NCBI RefSeq assembly: GCF_018977255.1
Contig: NW_024704743.1
Location: 28,460,001 to 28,524,000, forward strand
DNA: 64,000 nucleotides
Source: Callorhinchus milii
Lineage: Eukaryota
Direction: 5' to 3'
Below, piece by piece: positions 1-12,215 of the stretch; position 1 is the first letter of the stretch; every line of letters begins with the position of its first letter. Below the pieces are notes generated by a model. The model ran no database searches, was not told where the DNA came from, and saw only the letters and a list, made by a program, of their open reading frames with translations. The translations under genes and the position numbers were made by a program.

Positions 1-550
1 GGGATGAGTTTTTAGACGGGCTCTGAAGCAGAGAGAGGGGGCAGGTACCCGGGGTGGGGAGAGGGAAAGAGGAAAGTAACTGAAAGCTGATGATGGTAAG
101 AGGTGGGTGGGAGTGGGGGGGGTGGCATCAAACATGCCAAACTTGATGAAACTAAGGGAGTGGCTGTGGAAGTAGGGTCACAGGAGATCTCAGAGGTAGG
201 TGAGTAAGACTGTAAGGTGAGGATGAGGACAAGAAGTCATTCCACTGGGGGATAGGAAGCCAGTGGATCAGACGATGAGGGGGCTAATGGGTCTGCAGAG
301 TCTAATATGGGTGAGGATGTAGGCTGCAGAGTTCTTGATATTTTGGGGGCACCTTGGGATGGCTGACGACATGAAAGGCACGATATAAATGCAATTTGAT
401 GGTTGTTTTGGAACTTATGTAGGGTGGAACTGGGGAGGCAGGTCATTGGAAAAGTCAAATCTGATTGGGACAAAGGCTGCATGAGGGTTTCAGCTATGTT
501 GAGGGTGAGATAGTAATGTTGTAAGAGATGGAGGAAAGTGGCTTTGTTCA
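1..550 (-). mobile_element. Decayed L2-type LINE 3' fragment
   Basis: Purine-rich on +. Resembles the reverse strand of the L2 3' regions at 15600-16300 and 26600-27100 (e.g. GGCTGCAGAGTTCT...ATTT). Confidence 0.55.
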
Positions 551-1143
551 GTGCCCTGTTTGAAGGAGAGTTGAAAGTACGGGCTCTCTAAGTCGGAGTG
601 AGCAATTGAATGGCATCTGATCCATACAGTTATGTTCTCCTGCCAATTGGCGGCTATGTCCTTTTAACTCAGGTGGTTTACATGCAACAATTGCAGAAAT
701 AAATTAGGCATAACAGTACTGCTCTGAATCTAAATCCCAGTGAATATATACTAATCAAGTACTGGGGTGCATTTCAGGGTTATTTGATCTACATTGAAAC
801 AAGATTACCTGTAAGACAGACCTAGAGTAATATGTGCAGTTATAATCATTTAACCTTAGAATCATGCAAAAGCCGTTGAAATGGGACAGAGGTGAGCAAC
901 TATGATGTTTTAGATGTCAAATTTAATTACAAGCAAATATTAAGAAAATTGGATTTGGAAAAAAGCATCCTATAAAGTGTCCTAATTGAAAATTTTGATG
1001 TTCTGAAGCACGTTGAGTCTGGACGTACATGACTGTAGTGAGATCATACAACCCTTGCAAAGAAAACGTTTAAAGGAATGATGGTGGTATACTGCTCGAT
1101 GATAGATCTGATTGATCTCCATGTGGAGGGTGAATGAAAGATG

Positions 1144-1452
1144 AATAATAATAATAATAATCCTTGCATTTGATATAGCGCTTTTCATGTCTTCTATATG
1201 TCTCAAAGCGCTTTACAGAATATAATGTAAAGTGAATTGACTGTATACTTGTGGGCGAAACACGGCAGTCAATTGTGGACAGCAGTGTCCCACAAACAGT
1301 CGTGGATTGACCAAATTACTATTATTTTTTTTCTTGAGGGATTATTATCAGGCATGTGGGGTAAGGAAACTTGCCCAAGGTTTCGCCCTGCCAGGAATCG
1401 AACCCAGGTCTTTCGCTTGCGAGGCGAGTGCTCTAACCACTGAGCTACAGGA
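1144..1452 (-). mobile_element. tRNA(Ala-like)-derived SINE with L2-type tail
   Basis: Minus strand reads TCCTGTAGCTCAGTGGTTAGAGCACTCGCC... (A box), GGTTCGATTCC (B box), then a tail ending GCGCTATATCAAATGCAAGG(ATT)n. Confidence 0.9.
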
Positions 1453-1847
1453 ATGGAAGTTTGCTGTATTTTTAGTAACTTTGTTACTGATTAACAAAAT
1501 GCTGTAGAATCTCAGGATATCCAATTTTACTAAATTATTTAGATCCAAAAGTAATTTAAAAATGTGTTTTATGTGATGTGCACCTTCACTAATTCATTGA
1601 CAATCTATTCCTCTTGAGATTGGAAATGAAGATACTGGAATTGCTCAGAATATACAGTTCTACAATTACTTCTCCATATACCGTGTGTCCAAAGGCTAAT
1701 ATCGTTCCCCAAAAGAAACGTTATGGATCTGGAATTTTTCTCCCTATTTTTAGTAAATGAAATCGGAAAACAAAACAGAGCAAGTAGTAATCCAAATGTT
1801 CTCTTTTATAAAAACATAACAGTTTTTTTTTCAAGAAGAGTACATAC

Positions 1848-1993
1848 TTTATCAACATTCATTTTCTTGAAGGCTGCCCGTAGGACTTTAAAATTATGGA
1901 TATATTCATGCTCCAGCTTTGCTTGGAATTTGACTTTCTTCAGAACTATGCAGCCCGGAAAAAGCATATCCATAAACTGACAGTATGAAATTC
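1848..1993 (-). CDS. Isolated exon of a MAPRE/EB-family microtubule end-binding protein (calponin-homology domain); functional status unknown
   Basis: 146-nt exon flanked by ...tcaacag| and |gtatgt. Translates (G)[48 protein letters not shown], nearly identical to vertebrate EB1/2/3. Neighbouring MAPRE exons not found in the window; paralogue not resolvable. Confidence 0.85.
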
Positions 1994-3049
1994 CTGTTGA
2001 GAAAACAATCCAAATTTCAGTGAAACCTGAACCAAATGAACATGCTATTGAAATAGAATTATAGAGTGTGGGAAGGACTTTTGTGATTTTGATAATACAT
2101 TTGTTAAAATATGACTGAAGAATAATGGATGCTCAGGAATAATGCCAAGACAGTAATATCATTGTAAAGGCCAGGTGGACATTTTTTGATCATAAGAACA
2201 AAACTATAGCTGTTTATACCATTACCTTAACAATCACATGATTTTAGGCCTTCACATCACCCTCCAGATAGCCACGATGTGATTCCAATAAAGATTTATA
2301 CTTTTAAAGTTGTGTATTATTTAACCCGTTGGGAACAACAATGGCCAGTGTGTTCCATGTAGTTGATATGTGACGGTGTTTATATAGAAAGATTCAAGTT
2401 TATTACATGATAATCATTTTTTTAAGGAAATTATAGTCAGTATATAAAACTTGCAATTGTTGTTAATTGTAAATAGATTTTAAAACTTGTGTTGCACCAA
2501 ATATGTCAAAATATTTTGAAAATTATAAATCAGGAAATCAAAATAAATGCATCCCATCTTGCCTCTTTCAATCTTTTTTAATCTCCTAGATAATATCCAT
2601 ACCACAGATCACTTGTCTAAACAGATGGGCAAACTGCTCTCAGGATTCTATGGAAGACTAGTCTTACATAGAAACATATTCGTGTTCTGGCCAGAAAGAT
2701 GCCATTAGCCAATAGTGTCTGTGCCAATACTATCTTTTTTCTAAAAAAAGCAATCCCACTTTTCAACTCCCTCCATACACCTTAATGTTTCCTTTATTGT
2801 GAGCAGTGTGGGGCAGGTTGTAGCTTATGCAAGATCACAGAACCTTATAAGGATCTCAGAAAACCCATTTACATTGTGTTTGTCAATTTCCATAAGGCTT
2901 TCAAACTTAATGCCTCGTGAAGAAGTTGTAAGCTATGGGCCTACGTGGCTAATATCTTTGGTGTAAATTCCAGTTTGAAGATCAATGTAAGGATTGATGG
3001 GAAATTCACTACAATATGAGATTAATGTATCAAAAGATTACAATGGAGT

Positions 3050-3230
3050 TTGCGTCCTTGGATGGTGATGCTGTCGTTGACTGAGGTGTGGATGCTCTGA
3101 TGATAGAAAATCAGGAAGGCCTCGGTCTTGTTGAATTTCAACTGAAGAAAGTTGACTCTCATCCAGGACTTGCGTCCCAAAACTTTAGCAATGAAAGGCA
3201 AGTTGGAAATCATCCGGAAGTTAACAAGGT
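3050..3230 (-). mobile_element. L2 LINE RT fragments (rearranged)
   Basis: ORF 3022-3234 has ISNLPFIAKVL fused to KSWMRVNFLQLKFNKTEAFLI, two distant L2 RT motifs. Confidence 0.7.
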
Positions 3231-3519
3231 TCAAGGGATAGAGAGTGTTTTTTTTGAGGAGGAATGATGACAGCAGTTTTGCTGAGGAGTGGAACTGGTT
3301 GACTGTGTCAGCCGGCAGGGAGCAGAGTGGGGGGTGTTGAGACAGCAGGTGCTGGTGTTGATGGTTGAGACAGAGGAAAAGGAGACAGGGACAAAGGAGA
3401 GTAGGGTGGGGGCAGTGATAGGAGTTGTGGCAGAAGGATTAGATGGTGTGGAAAGCAAGGGAAGGGTGCTAGGAAACATGGGTGTGGGGAGGAGGAAGAA
3501 CCCAACCGATGTTATCATT

Positions 3520-5100
3520 CATCTACTACACCCCGAAACTCTGGAACCCTCTCCCTCAATCCCTCCGCCTTGCCCCCTCTCTCCCCCTTTTCAAGTCCCA
3601 CCTCTCACCCACCCCCACCGGGCTCCAAGTCAGGCTCTGCAACTGTTAAGCCTTCTGGAACGCTAGCTATAAATGTGAGTTAACGGAGCAAGGGACCTGA
3701 CCAACAAATTCAAGCAAATCTGGAAAAAATTCACATCCCAATAATAGTTTCAAAGTATTTGGATACTGGCCTGGGCTTTACAAACCTGGAGATGTTATAG
3801 AGGTTTCTTATTCCTCTTGTGCATGAAAGCTATATCACAAAACTTTACCAGTTGAACCCAATGTCCACTTGATTGCACCGGAGAGCACAGTTTTACTCCA
3901 TATTTTCAAACTTGTACAATTGAACCTTGCATTCACAATATCTTTGCAGCTGTACTCTTATTAAATTTCCTTACCATTGTAATATATATCTCTCAATCAA
4001 TTCAACACCATACAAGTATCTGCCTACCTCAATAATTTAGCTTTCTGCACTTGAAAGATATTAGCTGTTTCAATCCGATACAATTACTAAATGAAAGTTC
4101 TTTATTTCTATTAACTGATTCTATTAACTAGATTTCTCCAAGGAGTAAATAATTGCTGCATTAATCTCAGTAATTTATGAAAACTTGAACAACATCGTGC
4201 ATTTATATAGGACACTTCACAAAGGATAAGCGGTGTCTGAGTGCTTAAGGGATCTCCCATAACTGATAGTAGGAATAATAATAATCCTTGCATTTGATAT
4301 AGCGCTTTTCACGTCGGGAGGACGTCCCAAAGCGTTTCACAGAACACACTGTAAAGTGAATTGACTGTATATTTGTGGGCAAACGCGGCAGCCAATTGCG
4401 CACAGCAATGTCCCACAAACAGTCGTAGATTGAAAATGACCAATTTATTATTGTTTTGGTTTTGGAGGGATTATTATTAGGCGTGTGGAGTAAGGAAACT
4501 TGCCCAAGGTTTCGCCCTGCCTGGAATTGAACTCAAGTCTCTCGCTTGCAAAGTGAGTGCTCTAACCACTGAGCTACAGGACTCGATAAAGAATACTTTA
4601 TCTAATAGATTTACTGATCTGGTCTTTGAATCATAAGAATGTACAAAACTGGAACCAGATCAGATGGTCCACAGTAGGATGGCAGATGTATGGATTCAGT
4701 GAAACACCACTCCCAGCTCTGGTTCTTGCGGTAAATTGTGAACTGCTATTTGTATTCAGGTTATAAGCAACAGCCCCTTGGAGTTCCTTTCCCTGCCGAT
4801 ACCAGTTTAATGAAAACTAAGAGAACTGAAGTGATGTTTCATGATTGGTCAAGCCTAACATTTATTTTCCAACTCTTATGTCCCTTGTAACATTTCTCAA
4901 TCCACAACACTGTTGTAATATGTAGTTCTTTCATTTAAAAATAAATAAAAATAATTATTAGTATAAAAATATGTATAATATAATTTGTGAGTTTGATATA
5001 GCGCTTGATCATGTCTTCAAGATGTCTCAAATTGCTTGACAAAATACGCTGTAAAGTGAATTGATTGTGTATTTTGTGGGGGCATCGCGGCAGCCAATTG
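3520..5100 (+). repeat. Segmental duplication block (direct copy at about 7545-8835; inverted partial copies at about 45640-46330 and 50620-51250)
   Basis: Long near-identical runs, e.g. GGAGCAAGGGACCTGACCAACAAATTCAAGCAAATCTGGAAAA at about 3687 and 7731, and reverse-complemented at about 46098. Confidence 0.9.
4274..4584 (-). mobile_element. tRNA-derived SINE, full length
   Basis: Complete head and (ATT)n tail. Absent from the paralogous site at about 8325 (TAGGAATACTTT); GAATA on both sides. Confidence 0.92.
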
Positions 5101-5105
5101 CACAC

Positions 5106-5891
5106 AGGTTCGAATAATGACCTGACAATCCAATAAAGGTGGAATAGAAGTTTTATCAACCAAAGTAACAATACAAAACAAGTAAAATACTAATGCCCCT
5201 ACAAGTAACAAAACATATACTACTGGATCGGACCAGTAAGTTGCATGGATTTCAACACTTCTTCTCTCCGCTGGAACTGCTAATTTACTTGCCTAAAGTT
5301 AGGATAGTTAGACTATTTGCCCCACTGTCTTCCCCTTAGATCCCCCAATCAGGGGTCTGCCACGTATGCCTTACATGTGTTAGTATCTTATCTGTTCTTT
5401 GCAGACAACTGGGGTCCCTGAGTAAAAGCAGCCTGCTCATTATTTATCAGCGTGTGACAGCTTGTTTTTCTCCTTCAAAAATCGGTGTCTAAGCCCTGAA
5501 TGGTAGAAACAATTAGGTGGACTGACATGTGTTTAAACAGGACTGGGTTGCTTTGCTTAGGTATGTGGAAAGGTATACCCATTTTCCATCTTATCAGGGC
5601 GAGGCAATCTCTTCTTGTATTGAGAAATCTAGAGTATAACAGGTGCTACTCATGACAGCCCATTCCTCTCTCGAAACCCATGTCTTATCTTGCTCCTTCC
5701 ATTGCAACTAAATGACAGTTAACCTTTAGAGCTAAAACAGCTTATCGAGCAGATTCCTGACATTTTATTCCTTGTCAAAATGAACATTTGTAGCAGCTTC
5801 TCACAGTTTCTATCTTACCTTGGTGCTACAGTCTTATTGTTACATACATGGCGAATATTGATAGATATATATATATAGTTTCCTTGACTAC
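5106..5891 (-). mobile_element. Solo-LTR-like element (terminus clipped); paralogue of 27930-29308
   Basis: GGTTCGAATAATGACCTGACAATCCAA matches the U5-side end of the ERV LTR at about 61915-61945. Other end ...GACTACA (TG on minus). Confidence 0.65.
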
Positions 5892-6840
5892 AACCTTCTA
5901 TAATACGATTTCAAAATCAACCTAAGACCTGCCCCAGCGACTGGTCGGCTCTTCCAAATCCTGATGATGAGCCTTCCTGGCTGGGCTATAATCAGCAGCG
6001 CCCTGGAATACCGTAAACTGATCTGGATCAGGAACCGGAATAGAGACCGCCAGAGGGTTGGCTCAATTCTGACATTCCATTGCAGTTCAGCTCCAAGAAG
6101 ATCCCACTTACTTCCCTCCAAGGAGGATAGTCACTAGTTGGCCATTCGACATGTGACAAGTGCGGGATCGAGACCTCACTGGGTGGATGGTAGGTACAAG
6201 GAACTCCCTGCGAGCTTCCCGGTTGGCAATGTATCTCAGTATGAATGTGCGAGAGCATTGCCACCATCCTCCTGTACCACAGCTCTCATCCCTTCGCATT
6301 GAGCGATGGTTCCACCAGTTGGAGGTACAGAGTTTAAGCACAAGCTGCTTGTCTCTCTGCAGGCAAATCAAGGTGGATTCCAGGCGCTGGACGTACGAAC
6401 GTGAGTTCACAAACTCAGACTCCAGGTAATGTCTTCCAGTAGCTGTCGCCCCAAGCTTCAGAGTTTCCTCTTTGGGCCGTGAGCGTGTGAAATAGGTATT
6501 AAATGAATCCCAGCGTGGAAGAGTTCTGCTTAACAATTGCAACAAACATGCAGAACAATAAAAGTATCTGCCAAAGGTTCTTTGCTGTATTTTACAGACC
6601 ATCATCTACACAGTTACTGTATTGATTCAGAGCATTTGACACAATTGCTTTTGAAATGCTGAGATGTTTCACCATTGCAGACACTGTATCTAATGCAATG
6701 ATTTATTATTATTTGAAATATTATTACATTTTACGGCATGAAAAGACTCATTTAAAAAAGGTAATAAATTTGGTTTCATAAGAAACATATTAAAAAACAA
6801 TAAATATTAGGCACCCGTCCAAAGTAGGGCAGGGCCGTGT

Positions 6841-6880
6841 CACGTGGGGTCCCGGGTGACGTCAGGCCGGCGGTATAAGG
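6841..6880 (+). promoter_or_regulatory. Promoter of serpin copy A: E-box, CRE, TATA
   Basis: CACGTG 6841-6846, TGACGTCA 6857-6864 and TATAAG 6874-6879 in a local CpG-rich patch; homologous to 30326-30365. Confidence 0.75.
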
Positions 6881-8724
6881 AGCCCTGGATCCCGGGGCGG
6901 AGTGACAGACAGTTGAGCGCAGCGCGAGGAGTGTGTGCACAGCGGCTGCAGTCAGTGTGTGCACAGGTGGGGCTGCAGGGACTGCCTTTCTTACCACTTG
7001 ACCTCTCAACTTTTCCTTTCCACTCCACACACTGGCGCTGAGCTGAGCTCCTGCACTGCCCTCCCCGCACGGCTGCTGTTCTTTATTTACAACACGGTAT
7101 AAGTCCGTGATCGCTGCTGGGGTTTGGTTCCGTCATCCTTGCCTTAAGTAATTCATTTGCTAATGTGTGTTGGTGTGCAATTCCTCCCAAGCTGAGCTCA
7201 AGTCTTGTCTCCTTCATGTCTCATGGATTCATGGGTAGAGACCAGGGCTGGGAGTCGTTGTGTTTTTTTTATATATAAAATTGAACTGATTATACAAAAG
7301 GTAATGACAGTTGTGCCTGTTGTCAGTAACTTGGCACAACTTCAATCTTGCAGTTGTTACCAACATTGTAAGTTGGGTTATCAGGTCAATTTGGTTTTCC
7401 AGTTGTTTGGAACTTAATAAAATTGGTCTCAAAGCTATATTTCACCTACAAAATTGTTTAAATTGTTGACTGGCACCGGCCTCCTGCTTGTCCCAATATT
7501 CCAGTCTGTTGACCCTCAGCTCCACCATTGGCGGACACGTATTCAGCTACTACACCCCGAAACTCTGGAACACTCTCCCTCAATCCCTACACCTTGCCCA
7601 CTCTCTCTCCCTTTTCAAGTCCCATCCCCACCCCCCCCACCCGGCTCGGAGTCAGGCTCTGCCGCTGTTAAGCCCTCTGAAACGTCAGCTTGCGTGGAGG
7701 GCACTGTATAAATGTGAGTTGTTGTTGAAGGAGCAAGGGACCTGACCAACAAATTCAAGCAAATCTGGAAAACATTCACACCCCAATAATAGTTTCAAAA
7801 TCTTTGGATACTGGTCTGGGCTTTACAAACCTGGAGGCGTTATTGAAGTTTCTTATTCCTCTTGTGCATGAAAGCTATATCATGAAACTTTACCAATTCA
7901 ACCCAATGTCCACTTGATTGTCATCAGAGAGCACTGTTTCACTCCACATTTTCAAACTTGTACAATTGAACGTTGCATCCGTAATATCTTTGCAGCTGTA
8001 CTCTTATTAAATTTCCTTACCATTGTAATGTGTATCTCTTAATCAATTTAACACCATACAAGTATCTGCCTACCTCAATACTGTAGCTTTCTACAATTGA
8101 AAGATATTAGCTGAAATATTTCAATGCAATACAATTATTAAATGAAAGTTCTTTATTTCTATTAACTGATTCTATTAACTAGATTTCTCCAAGGAGTAAA
8201 TAATTGCTGCATTAATCTCAGTAATTTAACAAAACTTGAACAACACATTGCATTTATATAGTGCCCTTCACACAGGTTAAGCGGTATCTGGGTGCTTAAA
8301 GGATTTTCCATAAGTGAGAGTAGGAATACTTTAACTAATAGATTTACTGATCTGATCTTTAAATCATAATAATATACAAAACTGGGGCCAGATCAGATGT
8401 TCTGCAAATAACAAAAGGATGGCAGATGTATGGATTCATTGAACCTTCACTCCCAGCTCTGGTTCTTGGAGAAAATTATGAACTGCTATTTGTATTCAGG
8501 TTATAAACCCCCTGGAGTTCCTTTCGTGGCGATTACCAGTTTAGTAAAAACTAAAAGAACTGAAGTGATATTTCATGAGTGGTCAAGCCTAACATTTATT
8601 TTTCATCTCTTATGTCCCTTATAACGATTCTCAATCCACAATACTGTTGTATTAAGTAGTTATTTCAATTAAAAATAAATAAAAATAATTATTAGTATAA
8701 AAATATATATGGTATAATTCGTGA

Positions 8725-9066
8725 ATTTGATATAGCGCTTAATCACGTCTTCGAGACGTCTCAAAGTGCCTCACAAAATATGCTATGAAGTGAATTGACT
8801 GTATTTTGTGGGAAAAATGAGGCAGCCAATTGCACATGGCAGTGTAGCACAAACAGTTGTGGATTGAGTGACCAAATTATTATTATTTTTTTGAAGGAAT
8901 TATTATCCTGGAAAAGCGATCTGCCCATCGACTAACAACTGGGTTCCTACTTACTGCTAGGTAAATCGAGGCACTTGGAGTAAGCAAACTTGCCCAACGT
9001 TTCTCCCTGCTAGGAATCAAACCCAGGTCCACGAGTCAAGTGCTCTAACCACTCAGCTACAGGACT
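8725..9066 (-). mobile_element. tRNA-derived SINE (older subfamily with longer body)
   Basis: Head GTCCTGTAGCTGAGTGGTTAGAGCAC on minus; tail GCGCTATATCAAAT. Confidence 0.8.
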
Positions 9067-9959
9067 TCATGTATATTCCACTTTCCTCATGAAAAAACAC
9101 ATCCGTGACTTAAAAAAGAAAAGATGCAAAACTGCTTCAACCCCATTCCAATCTGCAAAAACCCTGTCCTCTTGTTTATTTTTAAACAAATATATTTATG
9201 ATCATATAAAAAATATATCCCATTTGCCTCATGAAGAACATATCTAACAACAAATATACTAGAGAAACCGCAACTGCTTCGATCCCATTACAATGTGCAA
9301 CAACTCCGTCTCCTTATGGCAGCCCCTATTTCTTCACACTTTCCTTAACTGGAGGGACCAGGGCTTCCTCTTTCTAGGATCTGCTGCCTTTATTTGCAGG
9401 GAGATCTTACACTTTTAGGCTAGTCCCAGCTCTGCCATCCCTCACTTACCGAATGGCTCGTCATTATGCCTCACTCCACTGCTTTCTTTCAGTTTGCCAC
9501 AGCCTCCATCAAACCCTCTTGATGAAGGCCGTCCTGTCCATATTATACTCTACCCTGTCCAGGACCTTGAAGAGGATCGAGTACAGAAGCACTCGTAGAG
9601 GGAGCTGCTGCTTCCAGTGCAGTTGCTGCTCCTGTCCCACCCCACGTCCATCATCCCTCACTTCCAGGCTCTTAGGCTTACCCTGTCCTGTGGCTCCAAC
9701 CCACTCTCTCCTAATTCCTCTGCCCTCCTCAGTCGCAAGGGTTGGTTTCCCGCTCCGCTCACCATCGCTCCATCCTCTGTAGCCGCTCTGCTCCCCGCGA
9801 CCGCTTTCCCATTCTTCACATCAGCTTTCTCTTTTCTCTGCTGCTTTCTCACTTTCCTTCACAGCAGCTTTCTCCCCATTCTCCGCCACTTTCTCTCCTT
9901 TGGCCATCACTTTCTCACCTTTCACCTTCTTATTACTGCCAACGTCCATCTGACATGAA

Positions 9960-12215
9960 AGGCGCTAGTCAATTCCACCTCCCACCACCATCTAACCCAC
10001 CTCCATCTCCTTCCACCCCAGGAAAAATCTCCGTCCCCTCCCTCTCGGCTGCCCTGGAATTATCTGAACTCCTTCCCCTCTGGGCTTCCTCCCGCAATGA
10101 CCTATCCTCCTCAGTCACTCTGCTCCACAGCTCCCTCTTCTCCACTCTTGATTCCCTTGCTCCCTTCTCTTCTCACACCATCTCCTATTCATGTAAGTCA
10201 CCATAAGGCACCAGCCATCGCCCTTAAAGCACAGGTGTGTGCCACTGAATGCACCTGGCTTAAATCAAACTTAACGGTCCATTGGCAGACCTGGCTGGAT
10301 CTTATCAAATCTTAACCCTTTCTACTCCCAAGACAATTTTGGAGGCCAAGGACAATCCAGGCTCCTCTTCTCCATCACCAACCAGCTCCTGCACCCATCA
10401 TCTCACGTCTCGCCTATCCTGACTTCAAATGCCAACTGTAAGGCGATGCTGGACTTCCTCGAATCCAAAGTTGAGAGGATCCGCTCAGATGTCTCTACCC
10501 TTCCAGCTGCTGCACCCTCACCATCTCCACCTCTTACCCCAGCCCCTACACACCTCCCTCCCTCCACACCTTCGAACCTGTTTCCCATTCCTCTCTCATC
10601 ACCACTATAAACCGGATGAAACCGACCACCTGTTCCTTCGACCCCATCCCTACTCCTCTCCTTACTTCCCAGCTCAACCTTCTTGCCTCTCTACTCACAG
10701 AAATCATTAACCTCTCCCTGTCCACTAGTACTGTTGCCACCCCATTAAAAAACGCCGTCATCACTCCTATCCTTTAAGCACCCTCCCTGGACCCATATCT
10801 GCTCTCAAACGATCGCCTCATCTCCAACTTCTCTTTCCTCTCCGAGCTCCTGGAACAAGTTGTTGCTTCCCAGCTTTGCTGCTTCCTCTCGCATCACATT
10901 TTTCACGAAACCTAATCAGGTTTCCCTGCCGCTCATCGCTCAGAAACTACCCTGGTCAAAGTGACAAATGACATTCTGTCCATCTGCGACCAGGGATCCC
11001 TTGCTTCCTCGTCCTTCTTGACTTCTCTGCTGCCTTCGAAACCTTCAACCAGTCTATCCTCATCCACCGCCTTTCCCCTCAAACTTCATGGCTCTGTCCT
11101 TGACTGGTTCAGATCGTACCTTTCACACCACCTCAACTTCATCTCCACAAACGGTTTCTCCTCTAGGCCCCTGCACCATCTCGTGTAGCATTCCTTAGGG
11201 CTCTGTCCTTGGTCCCCTCCTCTTCAATATCTGTATGCTCCAACTTGGTCACATCAACCATAGACATGGAGTCAACTTCCACATGTATGTGGATGACACT
11301 CTACCCCTCTGCCTCCACCCTTGACTCCAGGACCACTGCTGTCCTGACAGAATGTCTGTCGAACATCAAGTCCTGGTGAGAGTTAATTTTCTTCAGTTGA
11401 AGAAGGCTTTCCTGATAGGCTCCCATCAGCACCTCCTCACCTCAGATGCTGACAGCATCACCATCCATGCTTGCACACTCCACCTTACTAAGGCAGTCTG
11501 GAACCTTGGCATCTTCTTTCACCCTCAACTATCCTTTCTATTCCCATCTGTGCCATGATCTGCTCTGTCTTCCCCCACCTCTGCAACATTGACCGGCCCC
11601 CGCCACTCTTTCACACTGCAGTCCGCCAAAACCCTCATACATGCCTTCATTGCGTCGAGGCTTCACTATACTAACCCATTGCTCATCGGCCTCCCCAACT
11701 CCTCCCTGCACAGGCTTCAGGTCAGAATTCTGCAGCCCACATTCTCTCCCACACCATGCTGCTAGACCCTATCAGCCCACATCCTCGGCCAACTCCAATG
11801 TCTTCCCATCACACAGAGGATATAGTTCAAGATTCTGGTCCTCAGCTTCAAAGCCCTCTATGGTCTTGCTCCCCCCCTACCTCTGCCACCTCCAACCAAC
11901 TTGCTCATTCCCTCCGCTCAACGGGCTCCGGCCTGCTTCACGTCACCCATCTCGATCTCCCCACTATTGTCATGTGGGCCTTCTGCCCCTATCCTCTGGA
12001 ACTGCATCCTGCAGTCCCTCCACCTCGACCCTTCCCTTGCCTCCTTCAAAGGCCATCTCAATACCCTCCTCTTCAATTTTGATCTCCCTGCTTCGCCCAC
12101 CTGCCTTCCACCCTCCCCAATCCCGAACTCCAGCTCTGGTCCAAAACTCTGTCTGTCCAGTGCCTTGGGACATGCTCTTGACGTGAAAGCCGCTATGCAA
12201 ATGTAATTTTGCTGT
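9960..12215 (+). mobile_element. Decayed L2 LINE ORF2 (RT region and 3' end)
   Basis: Fragments [55 protein letters not shown]. 3' end GTGAAAGCCGCTATGCAAATGTAA. Confidence 0.9.

Noticed and set aside
2590..2661. Possible exon after a polypyrimidine tract and ctcctag
   Set aside because: No recognisable product in any frame and no clear donor.
3231..3666. Pro/Ser/Thr-rich mucin-like ORFs (also 51408-51726)
   Set aside because: Compositionally biased repeat-derived sequence, present in several rearranged copies (also about 46510-46630).
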